From a virus, in the IMG/VR virus record IMGVR_UViG_3300028844_003870: DNA of 49,893 bases. The stretch is one strand, 5' to 3'. The notes beneath the pieces were generated by a model, which did not search any database, had not been told where the DNA came from, and saw only the letters and a program-made list of their open reading frames with translations. Made by a program: the position numbers and the translations under genes. Positions 1 to 7,488 of the stretch are shown piece by piece; the first letter of the stretch is position 1, and each line of letters begins with the position of its first letter.

Positions 1-144
1 CACGAGCAAATCTATACTATCAATCAGTCAGGAAGTTTGGCGGCAAGGCATACTGGAGGGGCAAAAAATAGCAATAAATATTGATTTTGGTTATACTAGG
101 GGAAATCCTATTAACTAAAGAAATTTTTATGTCGCTAGATGTTC
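1..144. repeat. terminal direct repeat copy 1, identical to 49750-49893 (circular-closure overlap or physical terminal redundancy)
   Basis: Compared base by base: 144/144 identical to the window end. Contains the 3' end of the PLA2-like CDS (stop TAG 69-71) and the start of the 129-542 CDS. Confidence 0.95.
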
Positions 145-542
145 ACAATCCAAAAATAACCTGGGCTGTTTTATTTACTGTAGCAACGCTAGTGTTTTAC
201 TCTGGCGGCCTAACTTATCAAATCAATCAAAATGAAATGACTAATGTAACTCAATGGCGATACATCAATAAGAACGGTGATGGCGTTGAGGCGTTAGGTC
301 ATGACTCCGCAAAAATAGAGGCTTTATCTAACAGCCTCAATGAAATGAAAGCCTCAAATAACGCGCTAACCAGTGCAGTCACTCAACTAACCATTACGAT
401 GGGGTCGCGCGAAATGCAGGACTCTAGAGCAAAAGAGGATAGGGCAAAGCTTGATGCCTTCATGCTTAGGGTTAGTGCAGAGCTTAGTGACGTAAAAGTA
501 AAGGTAACTCGTATCGAGGCGACCCAAGCAAAAAAGCCCTAA
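129..542 (+). CDS. membrane-anchored coiled-coil protein (i-spanin-like topology, function unproven)
   Basis: ORF-track frame 81-542 trimmed to first ATG. N-terminal hydrophobic helix ITWAVLFTVATLVFYSGGL, then a long helical segment. No clear RBS. Confidence 0.5.
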   Translation: MSLDVHNPKITWAVLFTVATLVFYSGGLTYQINQNEMTNVTQWRYINKNGDGVEALGHDSAKIEALSNSLNEMKASNNALTSAVTQLTITMGSREMQDSRAKEDRAKLDAFMLRVSAELSDVKVKVTRIEATQAKKP

Positions 543-568
543 CACCATAACTAACAGGATAAACGACC

Positions 569-928
569 ATGGCTAAACGTGAATATTTTAAAAATGAAGG
601 TGAAATTGATTTGCCTATTGATGGGACTTTTTACACGGATGAATTCTCGCCCGATATGGAAGCTGGTATTGTTATCATTGCTCTTTATGATGCAAATGGT
701 GATATTGTTAGCGCGACTGCTGGGACTTGTACGCCGGAAGTTTCGCCAATTAGCGGCCAGTGGTTTAATGGCGTGTCGAGCGGTGATGAAGAAATAGATC
801 TCTCTGAAGCAGGTCCTGCTGCAACTTACAGTCCATCTACTTTTTTAGGTCCGCAGATGCAAGCTAGAATTACTTTGTCTAGTGTGTCTGGCGCATTGTA
901 TGCTCGCGCGTATTTGTGGAGAAAATAA
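569..928 (+). CDS. hypothetical protein (119 aa)
   Basis: ORF track; ATG with AGGA 9 nt upstream; no recognisable motif. Confidence 0.6.
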   Translation: MAKREYFKNEGEIDLPIDGTFYTDEFSPDMEAGIVIIALYDANGDIVSATAGTCTPEVSPISGQWFNGVSSGDEEIDLSEAGPAATYSPSTFLGPQMQARITLSSVSGALYARAYLWRK

Positions 929-929
929 G

Positions 930-1625
930 ATGTACCCATCAAAACTTACCCTTAGCAATATAATTAGCCTTGCATCAGGAGTTAAAGCTTTTGGTGGTGA
1001 CTCTGGCGGTGTTATTCCACCGGAGCCAGTTGAGCGTTGGTACTGGGACATGACAAGGCCCACCTACGTATTATTACCTGCCCCTGTTAATATTAATGGT
1101 GCGTTTTCTCACAAATTGACGGGCGTTTTTAACTCGAACAGTTTTTATTTACTTTCAAATAAAGACAGCGAAACATTTAGAGTTTTCTTATCTGGTACGT
1201 CTTATAACCTCTTCGCAGGGACAACTGCCAATTTAGTCAGTGTAGTAAGCCTTGGTGAAGAAAATAGGAGGATTCTAGAGTCAGGAGTTCATGCATTAGA
1301 ATACGGACGCGACGACCTAGGTGAGTGGTATGTGAAGATAGATGATGTCCGTGTTGGGACTACTCTGAGCCTTTACCCTGATTTTGTCTCCTATAATGCA
1401 TTTGGAAGAGAACTTGAAGGGTCCTCCGTTCCCGCTTTTGACGGATACCACTGGGATCACAAGATAACAGGGGCTAGTGCGGTCGAGTACCCAACTGGCG
1501 AGCTAGTCATGCCGTTTGATGAGGGTTACAATGATGAGCATGAGTCACTAGAAGAAAGTAACGGACTTACTATCTTAAAGGTTGGTGACACTCCAGGTAA
1601 ATACACGCAGACTATGCCAAGCTAG
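930..1625 (+). CDS. hypothetical protein (231 aa, beta-rich)
   Basis: ORF-track frame 882-1625 trimmed to the ATG at 930, 1 nt after the upstream stop (TAA 926-928); followed by a terminator. Confidence 0.6.
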   Translation: MYPSKLTLSNIISLASGVKAFGGDSGGVIPPEPVERWYWDMTRPTYVLLPAPVNINGAFSHKLTGVFNSNSFYLLSNKDSETFRVFLSGTSYNLFAGTTANLVSVVSLGEENRRILESGVHALEYGRDDLGEWYVKIDDVRVGTTLSLYPDFVSYNAFGRELEGSSVPAFDGYHWDHKITGASAVEYPTGELVMPFDEGYNDEHESLEESNGLTILKVGDTPGKYTQTMPS

Positions 1626-1643
1626 AATTTAACACTTCTTAAT

Positions 1644-1669
1644 AAAGCCTCTTAAGTGAGGTTTTTTTA
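1644..1669 (+). terminator. rho-independent terminator
   Basis: Hairpin AGCCTC-TTAAGT-GAGGTT followed by a T7 run. Confidence 0.7.
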
Positions 1670-1680
1670 TATCCAATGAA

Positions 1681-1730
1681 AAATAAAGTTTAAAAAAAGT
1701 TTACTTGTTATTTTAAGGTGTTAGTATACA
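1681..1730 (+). promoter_or_regulatory. early promoter candidate with tandem AAAGTTTA repeats
   Basis: 26-mer AAATAAAGTTTAAAAAAAGTTTACTT (1681-1706) recurs with 1 mismatch at 4868-4893. TTTACT (1701-1706) is -35-like; TATACA 18 nt downstream is -10-like. Confidence 0.5.
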
Positions 1731-1758
1731 CGCACTGAAACGAAATAAGGGCTTTGTT

Positions 1759-1866
1759 ATGGGAAACAAGATTTACGGTTTAATGGTTATCACTTTTGTT
1801 GCTTGCATGCTGTCAGGTGCGGGAATTATGATTCACGGTATATTATCTAGTAAAGGGGTGTTGTAA
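1759..1866 (+). CDS. small hydrophobic protein (35 aa)
   Basis: Hand-translated: MGNKIYGLMVITFVACMLSGAGIMIHGILSSKGVL. AAGGG 7 nt upstream; stop overlaps the next ATG (TAATG). Confidence 0.4.
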   Translation: MGNKIYGLMVITFVACMLSGAGIMIHGILSSKGVL

Positions 1867-1988
1867 TGTGGGACAAAGAAGGCAATTTAAATGGTAAGGC
1901 TTTGTTTGTAATGCTTTGTTGTACAGTGTTCACAGTTGGCTATATTGCTGTGGGCGCATATCAATTAATAAAGGGGTGGATGCAATGA
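1866..1988 (+). CDS. small hydrophobic protein (40 aa)
   Basis: Hand-translated: MWDKEGNLNGKALFVMLCCTVFTVGYIAVGAYQLIKGWMQ. Start and stop both overlap neighbours (TAATG, ATGA), suggesting translational coupling. Confidence 0.4.
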   Translation: MWDKEGNLNGKALFVMLCCTVFTVGYIAVGAYQLIKGWMQ

Positions 1989-2566
1989 TTAGCGAAAAAG
2001 ATAAAATGATAGTTGATGCGGTTAATTTTACAGAGGCATACGTTAGAAGTGATAATGTAATCTTGGAAACTGTAAGAGTTAGTCCTCAATACCCCGAGTT
2101 TAATGTTGGCTCTATTTGCGTTGGTTACAGCGGATTTAATGAAAAGTTCTACAAAGAGGCCTGCACAATGAAAGAATACAATCAATGCATTCGCGAAATG
2201 TCAGAAGGCGCTTTTGTGCCAGATGCAAAGACTGAGTTTGTTTATGGGCAAGAGGTTTATGTTGAAGATCCTCTATTTTCAAATAAAGAACTAAAGTTTG
2301 GATGTTTGACTCTAAAGGGAGATTGCGCAATATTGCTTACGGGTGGTGGTCACATGGTTTATCCGTTAGTTGGCATATCAAGCACCCCATTAAAAACAAA
2401 AGAAGAAATTGAACTTGAAGAGGCTAAGAAAAAGCAGGTTGATTTGATTTCCAATGCATACAGTCACTACTTTAAATCTAAAAGCGACGCTAAAGATTTG
2501 TTTTTATTTATGCAGAAGCGCGGCGACCTATCTGAAATTATCTTACCACTGGAGTCTAAGCAATGA
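1985..2566 (+). CDS. hypothetical protein (193 aa)
   Basis: ORF-track frame 1916-2566 trimmed to the ATG at 1985 that overlaps the upstream stop (ATGA). Confidence 0.6.
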   Translation: MISEKDKMIVDAVNFTEAYVRSDNVILETVRVSPQYPEFNVGSICVGYSGFNEKFYKEACTMKEYNQCIREMSEGAFVPDAKTEFVYGQEVYVEDPLFSNKELKFGCLTLKGDCAILLTGGGHMVYPLVGISSTPLKTKEEIELEEAKKKQVDLISNAYSHYFKSKSDAKDLFLFMQKRGDLSEIILPLESKQ

Positions 2567-2709
2567 AAAAGTATCCATACAAAGCAATTGAAAATCATTG
2601 GCACGTTATATTCATCATTCGCGCAGGTGTGCGTAGATTTGAATTAGGTGAGTTTGATAATTTAAAAGATGCACAAGATATGTGCGATTCATTAAATAAA
2701 GGGGAATAA
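2563..2709 (+). CDS. hypothetical protein (48 aa)
   Basis: Hand-translated MKKYPYKAIENHWHV...; ATGA overlap with the upstream gene. Confidence 0.4.
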   Translation: MKKYPYKAIENHWHVIFIIRAGVRRFELGEFDNLKDAQDMCDSLNKGE

Positions 2710-2710
2710 A

Positions 2711-2854
2711 ATGATTAGATACAAAGTAACAACGGGCGATAACTCAGTGCAAGTTGAATTTGAAAACATGGTTGAACTGTTTCAATACCTGGCCTATGAA
2801 AAAGGCATGGCAGAGCAGAAAGAACTCATTAGCTCTATGACTGCGCCAGAGTGA
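2711..2854 (+). CDS. hypothetical protein (47 aa)
   Basis: Hand-translated MIRYKVTTGDNSVQVEFENMVELF...; GGGGA RBS-like upstream. Confidence 0.4.
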   Translation: MIRYKVTTGDNSVQVEFENMVELFQYLAYEKGMAEQKELISSMTAPE

Positions 2855-2887
2855 AAAAAACACAATAGACTAACAAAAATTAGACAT

Positions 2888-2919
2888 GTAGCACGTTATC
2901 TAGTTTAATAACGCGCTAC
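2888..2919. promoter_or_regulatory. 32-bp near-perfect palindrome upstream of ssb
   Basis: GTAGCACGTTAT-N8-ATAACGCGCTAC: 12-bp arms with 1 mismatch, no U-tract, 33 nt before the ssb ATG. Confidence 0.5.
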
Positions 2920-2951
2920 TATGTTTGTTCATATTAAAAAAAGGAAATAAA

Positions 2952-3515
2952 ATGTTTAACAGAAGTGTAAATAAAGTTGTATTAGTTGGTAATGTAGGTA
3001 ATGACATTGAAATGAAATATGCAGCTAATGGAAATGCAATAGCTAACTTTTCAATCGCAACGTCTGAATCATGGAAAAACAAAGAAACTGGCGAGTACGA
3101 AAATAAGTCGGAATGGCACAACATATCAGTGTTTGGAAAGTTTGCCGAGCTAGTTGGTCAATACGTTAAAAAAGGCGGCAAGGTTTACGTAGAGGGGAAA
3201 TTACAAACTCGTAAATGGCAAGACCAAAGTGGAGCTGATAGATACAGCACAGGCATCATTGCAAGTGATATTCAGCTACTTGACTCTAAGCAAAGTGGTC
3301 AGAATCAAGGCCAACCACAACCACAACAAAACAATTACCAACAACAAGCGCCTGCACCACAACACCAACCTGCACCGCAAATGGCACCGCAACAACAAGC
3401 GCCACGCCCAACGCCTACACATGCGCCACAACAAACACCAGCGCAGAAGCGAGCGCAACAGCAACAAAGTCAACCTGCAAACATGGACTTCGACGACTCA
3501 GAAATACCGTTTTAA
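2952..3515 (+). CDS. ssb: single-stranded DNA-binding protein
   Basis: MFNRSVNKVVLVGNVGND... OB-fold N-terminus typical of bacterial SSB; long Q/P-rich linker; acidic tip DFDDSEIPF. ATG at 2952 with AAGGAAA RBS. Confidence 0.9.
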   Translation: MFNRSVNKVVLVGNVGNDIEMKYAANGNAIANFSIATSESWKNKETGEYENKSEWHNISVFGKFAELVGQYVKKGGKVYVEGKLQTRKWQDQSGADRYSTGIIASDIQLLDSKQSGQNQGQPQPQQNNYQQQAPAPQHQPAPQMAPQQQAPRPTPTHAPQQTPAQKRAQQQQSQPANMDFDDSEIPF

Positions 3516-3537
3516 ATAAATATATTTTCAAATCACA

Positions 3538-3561
3538 GTCCGTTAATTCGGGCTTTTTTAG
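3538..3561 (+). terminator. rho-independent terminator
   Basis: Hairpin AGTCCG-TTAATT-CGGGCT followed by a T-run. Confidence 0.6.
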
Positions 3562-3582
3562 ATCTTAATAAGGAAAGGCAAA

Positions 3583-4005
3583 ATGATGACATTAACAAGC
3601 GGTAAGCGTTACCACATAAAAACATTTGACGGGATAGAGGTTGTTTGTTCGTTTTATTTAATTGGTGCAAGTTCTTATTTTGAACTTGGATCATTGGGTC
3701 GCCTAGAAATTTCAGATGTGCATGTAATCAGAGAGGTTGATCCTGGGTCTAAATTGGAAATAGACAAAACATCAAAATCACCTTGGGATAGCCAAGTAGG
3801 AGGTAGTCACTACACAGACAAAGCAATACAACCATTGCAACGCACACTATTAAACAAAGGCTATGAGGCGTTCTCTGGAGCGTGTTATACCAAGATTGAC
3901 AAGTACACTACTCGCGTTAAAGATAACGAGGTTGAGCAGCTAAAGAAAGCTAAGCATGTGTTAGAGCTTTGGATTTACGAGGCTGAACAGCAAGCTAACA
4001 AATAA
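3583..4005 (+). CDS. hypothetical protein with DUF3310-like C-terminal region
   Basis: GGSHYTDKAIQPLQ...KIDKYTTR...LKKAKHVLELWI resembles the phage DUF3310 family (recalled from memory, unverified). Confidence 0.55.
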   Translation: MMTLTSGKRYHIKTFDGIEVVCSFYLIGASSYFELGSLGRLEISDVHVIREVDPGSKLEIDKTSKSPWDSQVGGSHYTDKAIQPLQRTLLNKGYEAFSGACYTKIDKYTTRVKDNEVEQLKKAKHVLELWIYEAEQQANK

Positions 4006-4010
4006 ACACA

Positions 4011-4040
4011 AAAAAGCCGCAATTAAGCGGCTTTATTTTT
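4011..4040. terminator. bidirectional terminator
   Basis: AAAGCCGC-AATTAA-GCGGCTTT flanked by A- and T-runs, between convergent genes. Confidence 0.7.
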
Positions 4041-4051
4041 ACCTGCATTAT

Positions 4052-4399
4052 TTAACACGTAACACCTAAAAACCTGTTGAGTAGTATGTCTGTGCTTGAT
4101 AATACGTTTTTGGTTATTACTTGCTTAGGGTTCTTTGTTGATATTATTTTACCGTTCTTACCAATGCGCTTTTTTAAGTCATTCAAATCATAATTGGAAA
4201 TATAAAATTGCGTCACCTTTGAATTTTTAGTTCCTGGCTTTGGTAACTTTCGAACTTGAAACTCTTTTATTCCTTTCAATCTAGATCTAATATTTGAATG
4301 TGAAATATCGACTTTAACCTCTGGCGCATCGAACCAAATTCCACCGGGTATTGCATTTAATAAGTCAGATATCACTACTACTTTTCTTTTGTCTATCAT
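4052..4399 (-). CDS. hypothetical protein (115 aa, basic)
   Basis: ORF-track 4052-4420 trimmed to the ATG at 4399, preceded by AAGGGA. Confidence 0.55.
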   Translation of the reverse strand: MIDKRKVVVISDLLNAIPGGIWFDAPEVKVDISHSNIRSRLKGIKEFQVRKLPKPGTKNSKVTQFYISNYDLNDLKKRIGKNGKIISTKNPKQVITKNVLSSTDILLNRFLGVTC

Positions 4400-4525
4400 G
4401 TTGATTCCCTTTACTTCCATCTACCGCATCGAACGCAGTAGGTAATTGATTTATATTTAATGCCAATGTTCGGCATTTCTTGCGTGTGAGTTACGTTGTC
4501 GTGCCCCTTAAAGAAGCACGCTATC

Positions 4526-4657
4526 CTACCAAATTGCAATGACCGCATAGACAGCTCCAATTGCTACGACGCAAGCGATACACGCGCAAACTATAGCGGC
4601 ACATGCGATTTCGATAAGCTCTCTTTCTTCTGACACTTGTTTTTTAAATTTACTCAT
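4526..4657 (-). CDS. small Cys-rich single-pass membrane peptide (43 aa)
   Basis: Hand-translated MSKFKKQVSEERELIEIACAAIVCACIACVVAIGAVYAVIAIW; start overlaps the upstream stop (TAATG). Confidence 0.4.
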   Translation of the reverse strand: MSKFKKQVSEERELIEIACAAIVCACIACVVAIGAVYAVIAIW

Positions 4658-4806
4658 TACTTACACTCCCTTTTGTGTTGACGCGCTACTAATTGCGCTA
4701 CGATGTTTTGCTTTGCCTTTACTGGGTCGCCTTTGGCTTCACGAACTTGCTTTATTTCGTCCAGTTGTTTATTTGTTTCTTCTGATAATTTAGTTTGCTT
4801 GCTCAA
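4657..4806 (-). CDS. small ribbon-helix-helix-like protein (49 aa, TTG start)
   Basis: Hand-translated LSKQTKLSEETNKQLDEIKQVREAKGDPVKAKQNIVAQLVARQHKRECK; GGAG 8 nt upstream of the TTG. Confidence 0.35.
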   Translation of the reverse strand: MSKQTKLSEETNKQLDEIKQVREAKGDPVKAKQNIVAQLVARQHKRECK

Positions 4807-4867
4807 TTTTTCTGCTCCGTTGTGTGTTTATATGCTCAAGTATATAGAAAGTTTAATTATGGTCAAC

Positions 4868-4930
4868 AAATAAAGTTTAAATAAAGTTTACTTTAATGCT
4901 TTACATTTAATTTAATAAGCGTAAAGTTCT
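4868..4930 (+). promoter_or_regulatory. early promoter candidate with tandem AAAGTTTA repeats
   Basis: 26-mer AAATAAAGTTTAAATAAAGTTTACTT (4868-4893) matches 1681-1706. TTTACA (4900-4905)-N16-TAAAGT (4922-4927) is a possible -35/-10 pair. Confidence 0.5.
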
Positions 4931-4963
4931 CCACATCGAAGCAACTTAACGAAAGGAATTAAC

Positions 4964-5143
4964 ATGGCCATTCATAATAAAGCGAAATTTAAATTAAACA
5001 ACGGATGCAAGATGCTAGTGATATTAGCGCTTGTTGCATTAGCTCAAACACTGGCTTATTCAGATGAAGTTGAGCAAGGTAAGGTTAGTTGCTCAAGTGT
5101 TACTTATGCAGTAGATAACCAAGGGGTATGTAATGGGAAATAA
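4964..5143 (+). CDS. small protein with signal-peptide-like segment (59 aa)
   Basis: Hand-translated MAIHNKAKFKLNNGCKMLVILALVALAQTLAYSDE...; GAAAGGAA RBS; 11-nt overlap with the next gene. Confidence 0.4.
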   Translation: MAIHNKAKFKLNNGCKMLVILALVALAQTLAYSDEVEQGKVSCSSVTYAVDNQGVCNGK

Positions 5144-5423
5144 AACTAAATTTACAAAAGGCAAATGGAATCAGTCGCACAGGCATGTTGGTGGTGGAAT
5201 GTACAGCACTCAAGTGTACGATAATACAGGCGAGACAATTTGCACCTTGGCTTGGCATGCAATCAACACGGAAAGCGGCATTCGCACTGACAGAAGCGCA
5301 AACGCAGACCTAATTAAAACAGCACCAAAACTTTATGAAGCACTACGAGCAATATCGGAAGGAGAGGGGTTGCAACCTGGAACAACCATAGAAAGGTTAC
5401 TAGCAGAAGCAAGAGGAGAATAA
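5133..5423 (+). CDS. hypothetical protein (96 aa)
   Basis: ORF track; tightly packed early operon. Confidence 0.6.
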   Translation: MGNKTKFTKGKWNQSHRHVGGGMYSTQVYDNTGETICTLAWHAINTESGIRTDRSANADLIKTAPKLYEALRAISEGEGLQPGTTIERLLAEARGE

Positions 5424-5424
5424 A

Positions 5425-5721
5425 ATGATTTGTAAAGTATCGAAAGACGAAGCGGATTACGCTGAAATGCTAGGTGCGCAAGACGTTAAAGATAGTGATA
5501 TTGAATCGCTAGCCACTCATTACTATGATGAATTAAAAGCAGGCAAGTTCATCACTGCAAATGGAAGTCAACACCATATAGACGATTTTATTTCAGACCT
5601 TGAGATTGACCCGTATTTATTAGCGGAAGTACTTAGAGGTAATCCTACAGGCTTAAGCTTGCTAATGATTGAGTCTCTAAATGATTTATGTTTTAAGCTT
5701 GCCAAAGAGGAGTTTCTATAA
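5425..5721 (+). CDS. acidic hypothetical protein (98 aa)
   Basis: ORF track; by my count 20 D/E versus 8 K/R. Confidence 0.6.
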   Translation: MICKVSKDEADYAEMLGAQDVKDSDIESLATHYYDELKAGKFITANGSQHHIDDFISDLEIDPYLLAEVLRGNPTGLSLLMIESLNDLCFKLAKEEFL

Positions 5722-5876
5722 TGACTATATCAACAACACTGCCGCCACCAAAAGAAAAGCCGTGGTTTACTTGCTCTAAAGCTAGTTGCGATAACAAATG
5801 GCAAGCTTACCACGGTAAAATTGGGTGCTTGTGTTATTCGTGTGACGATAAAACAGATAAGGATGATAGGAAATGA
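5721..5876 (+). CDS. small Cys-rich protein (51 aa)
   Basis: Hand-translated MTISTTLPPPKEKPWFTCSKASCDNKWQAYHGKIGCLCYSCDDK...; overlaps both neighbours (ATGA at the 3' end). Confidence 0.45.
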   Translation: MTISTTLPPPKEKPWFTCSKASCDNKWQAYHGKIGCLCYSCDDKTDKDDRK

Positions 5877-6193
5877 AAGAACTAGAAATGATTAAAGCCT
5901 TTGCGGAATTGGAAGGGTTTAAATTCTCAAGCAACAAACCAAGTTACAAAAAAGATCTGGGTTTATGGTGCTCTATTTACTCCGATAACTGTTATGGGTG
6001 GTACAACCCATTACTACCAAACGCCTTAAACTGCGCGGCGCGTGATAAGTACCAAGTTAAAGTTTGCTACAGGTACAGGGAATGCTTGATTTGGGTTGAG
6101 TCGACGTGGGTTAAAGCAAGCTTTAAAGACCAAAGTATTGATAAAGCCGTTATCGAATGCATCCTTAAATCAGAAGGGAAATGGATAGATTGA
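5873..6193 (+). CDS. hypothetical protein, NinX/DUF2591-like
   Basis: AELEGFKF...GWYNPLLPNALNCAA resembles the NinX-type family; a second member lies at 41545-41919 (from memory). Confidence 0.5.
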   Translation: MKELEMIKAFAELEGFKFSSNKPSYKKDLGLWCSIYSDNCYGWYNPLLPNALNCAARDKYQVKVCYRYRECLIWVESTWVKASFKDQSIDKAVIECILKSEGKWID

Positions 6194-6209
6194 TGTGATC
6201 TAAATCACA
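6194..6209. promoter_or_regulatory. perfect TGTGA-N6-TCACA dyad (CRP-consensus-like)
   Basis: TGTGATCTAAATCACA starts right after the stop at 6193. TATACT (-10-like) at 6235-6240; head gene ATG at 6277. Confidence 0.6.
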
Positions 6210-6276
6210 TTGTTGCACCATAGTGTTATCGTGGTATACTGTACTCATTGCATAAGCTTCGAGTACACAACACGCT

Positions 6277-7485
6277 ATGAAAGATAAATTAATAGTTTCA
6301 GAAACGTTCGACTTTAAACCGTCATCGAGACAATATCTTGATAACGGTTTTTTGCGTGTATCTGGAAAAGCTGCCCGCACTGGCGTCTATGAGTACTTAG
6401 CTTGTGAGCTAGGCATTGATAGCTTACCACCTACCGACATTGTAAGAGTTTACCGTCCAGAGCTAGAAGTATTTAATGCTGACTCGCTAGCTTCTTACAG
6501 TAACGTTGATGTAACTAACGACCATCCTAAGTCATTTGTTGATGCGGATACTTACAAAAACACTTCTGTCGGCCATGTTGTTTCAGCTACTCGCAATGGT
6601 GACTTTGTAGACGTTGACATTATCGTAAAAGACAAATCAGCTATTGCAGACGTAGAAAGCGGCAAGACGCAATTAAGCCCAGGATACACAGCGGTTTATG
6701 TTGCAGAAGATGGAGTGGCACCGTGCGGAACAGCTTACCAATTCAAACAAACAGCAATTGATGTGAATCACCTTGCAATAGTATCAAGAGGTCGCGGCGG
6801 CTCTCAAGTCCGATTAAATGATAAACAATCCACCAACCTACCGGAGAAAACAATGATTAAAGTTGTTTTAGATTCTGGTCGTTCTATTGATCTCGAGGAT
6901 GGTGCTACTGCTGCGCTGGTTCAAGACTCATTCGAGCGACTAACAAAACGAGCTGAAGATTCAGAAAGTAAAGTTGATACTTTGCAATCTACATCTGACG
7001 CACAAGCTGAAAAGATTACTGATTTAGAAGGCAAGTTAAAAGCTGCTAATGATGGTGAAGCACTTAAAGCTAAACTGATTGAACTTGCAAGCGTTAAAGA
7101 TTCAGCGGTTAACATCGCGGGTAAATCTTTCGAATGTGATTCTGTTGATTCGATGGTTATTAAGCGCGCCGCTCTCGCAATGGTTCGCGATTCTATCGAG
7201 TGGACTGATAAGTCAGATGGTTACGTTGACGCCGCTTTTGAATTTGCTGATATGGACAAAGACAAAAAAGACGACGACGAAGACGAAGAAAAAATGAAAG
7301 ATATGGAAAAAGCTACTGACGCACAACGTCGTCAATTAGCAACCGACGCGGCAGCAGTGAAAACTAAAACAGTTGATCACAGTGGCAAGCGTAATTTCTT
7401 AGATTCAAATACGTGGAAAGTGAATGCTGGTCAAATGACTAAAGCAGAACTTGAAGCACAAGCTAACGCACAATTCGGAGGTTAA
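6277..7485 (+). CDS. prohead protease/scaffold-like protein (DUF2213-like)
   Basis: First gene of the head block; N-terminal RQYLDNGFLRVSGKAARTGVYEY motif; coiled-coil and acidic C-terminal half typical of scaffolds. Confidence 0.6.
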   Translation: MKDKLIVSETFDFKPSSRQYLDNGFLRVSGKAARTGVYEYLACELGIDSLPPTDIVRVYRPELEVFNADSLASYSNVDVTNDHPKSFVDADTYKNTSVGHVVSATRNGDFVDVDIIVKDKSAIADVESGKTQLSPGYTAVYVAEDGVAPCGTAYQFKQTAIDVNHLAIVSRGRGGSQVRLNDKQSTNLPEKTMIKVVLDSGRSIDLEDGATAALVQDSFERLTKRAEDSESKVDTLQSTSDAQAEKITDLEGKLKAANDGEALKAKLIELASVKDSAVNIAGKSFECDSVDSMVIKRAALAMVRDSIEWTDKSDGYVDAAFEFADMDKDKKDDDEDEEKMKDMEKATDAQRRQLATDAAAVKTKTVDHSGKRNFLDSNTWKVNAGQMTKAELEAQANAQFGG

Positions 7486-7488
7486 CGA

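Noticed and set aside
81-128. Upstream alternative starts proposed by the ORF track (TTG 81, 882, 1916, TTG 7964, 12333, GTG 30884, 32097, 37610, 38187, 38739, TTG 46755, TTG 28811)
   Set aside because: In each case an internal ATG with a better-placed purine-rich RBS, or a stop/start overlap with the preceding gene, gives a more plausible start. The alternatives cannot be excluded without N-terminal data.
3229-3519. ORF-track entries 3229-3519 (+) and 3276-3473 (-) overlapping the 3' half of ssb
   Set aside because: They are alternative-frame readings of the low-complexity CAA/CCA/GCA-rich region encoding the Q/P-rich SSB linker. They have no RBS and a biased nonsense-like composition. The locally GC-richer patch is explained by the linker, not by foreign DNA.
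6194-6209. Reading the 6194 dyad as the intrinsic terminator of the 5873-6193 gene
   Set aside because: The stem is only 5-6 bp, AT-rich, and followed by TTGTTGCACC rather than a U-tract. All convincing terminators in this genome have GC-rich stems and T-runs.
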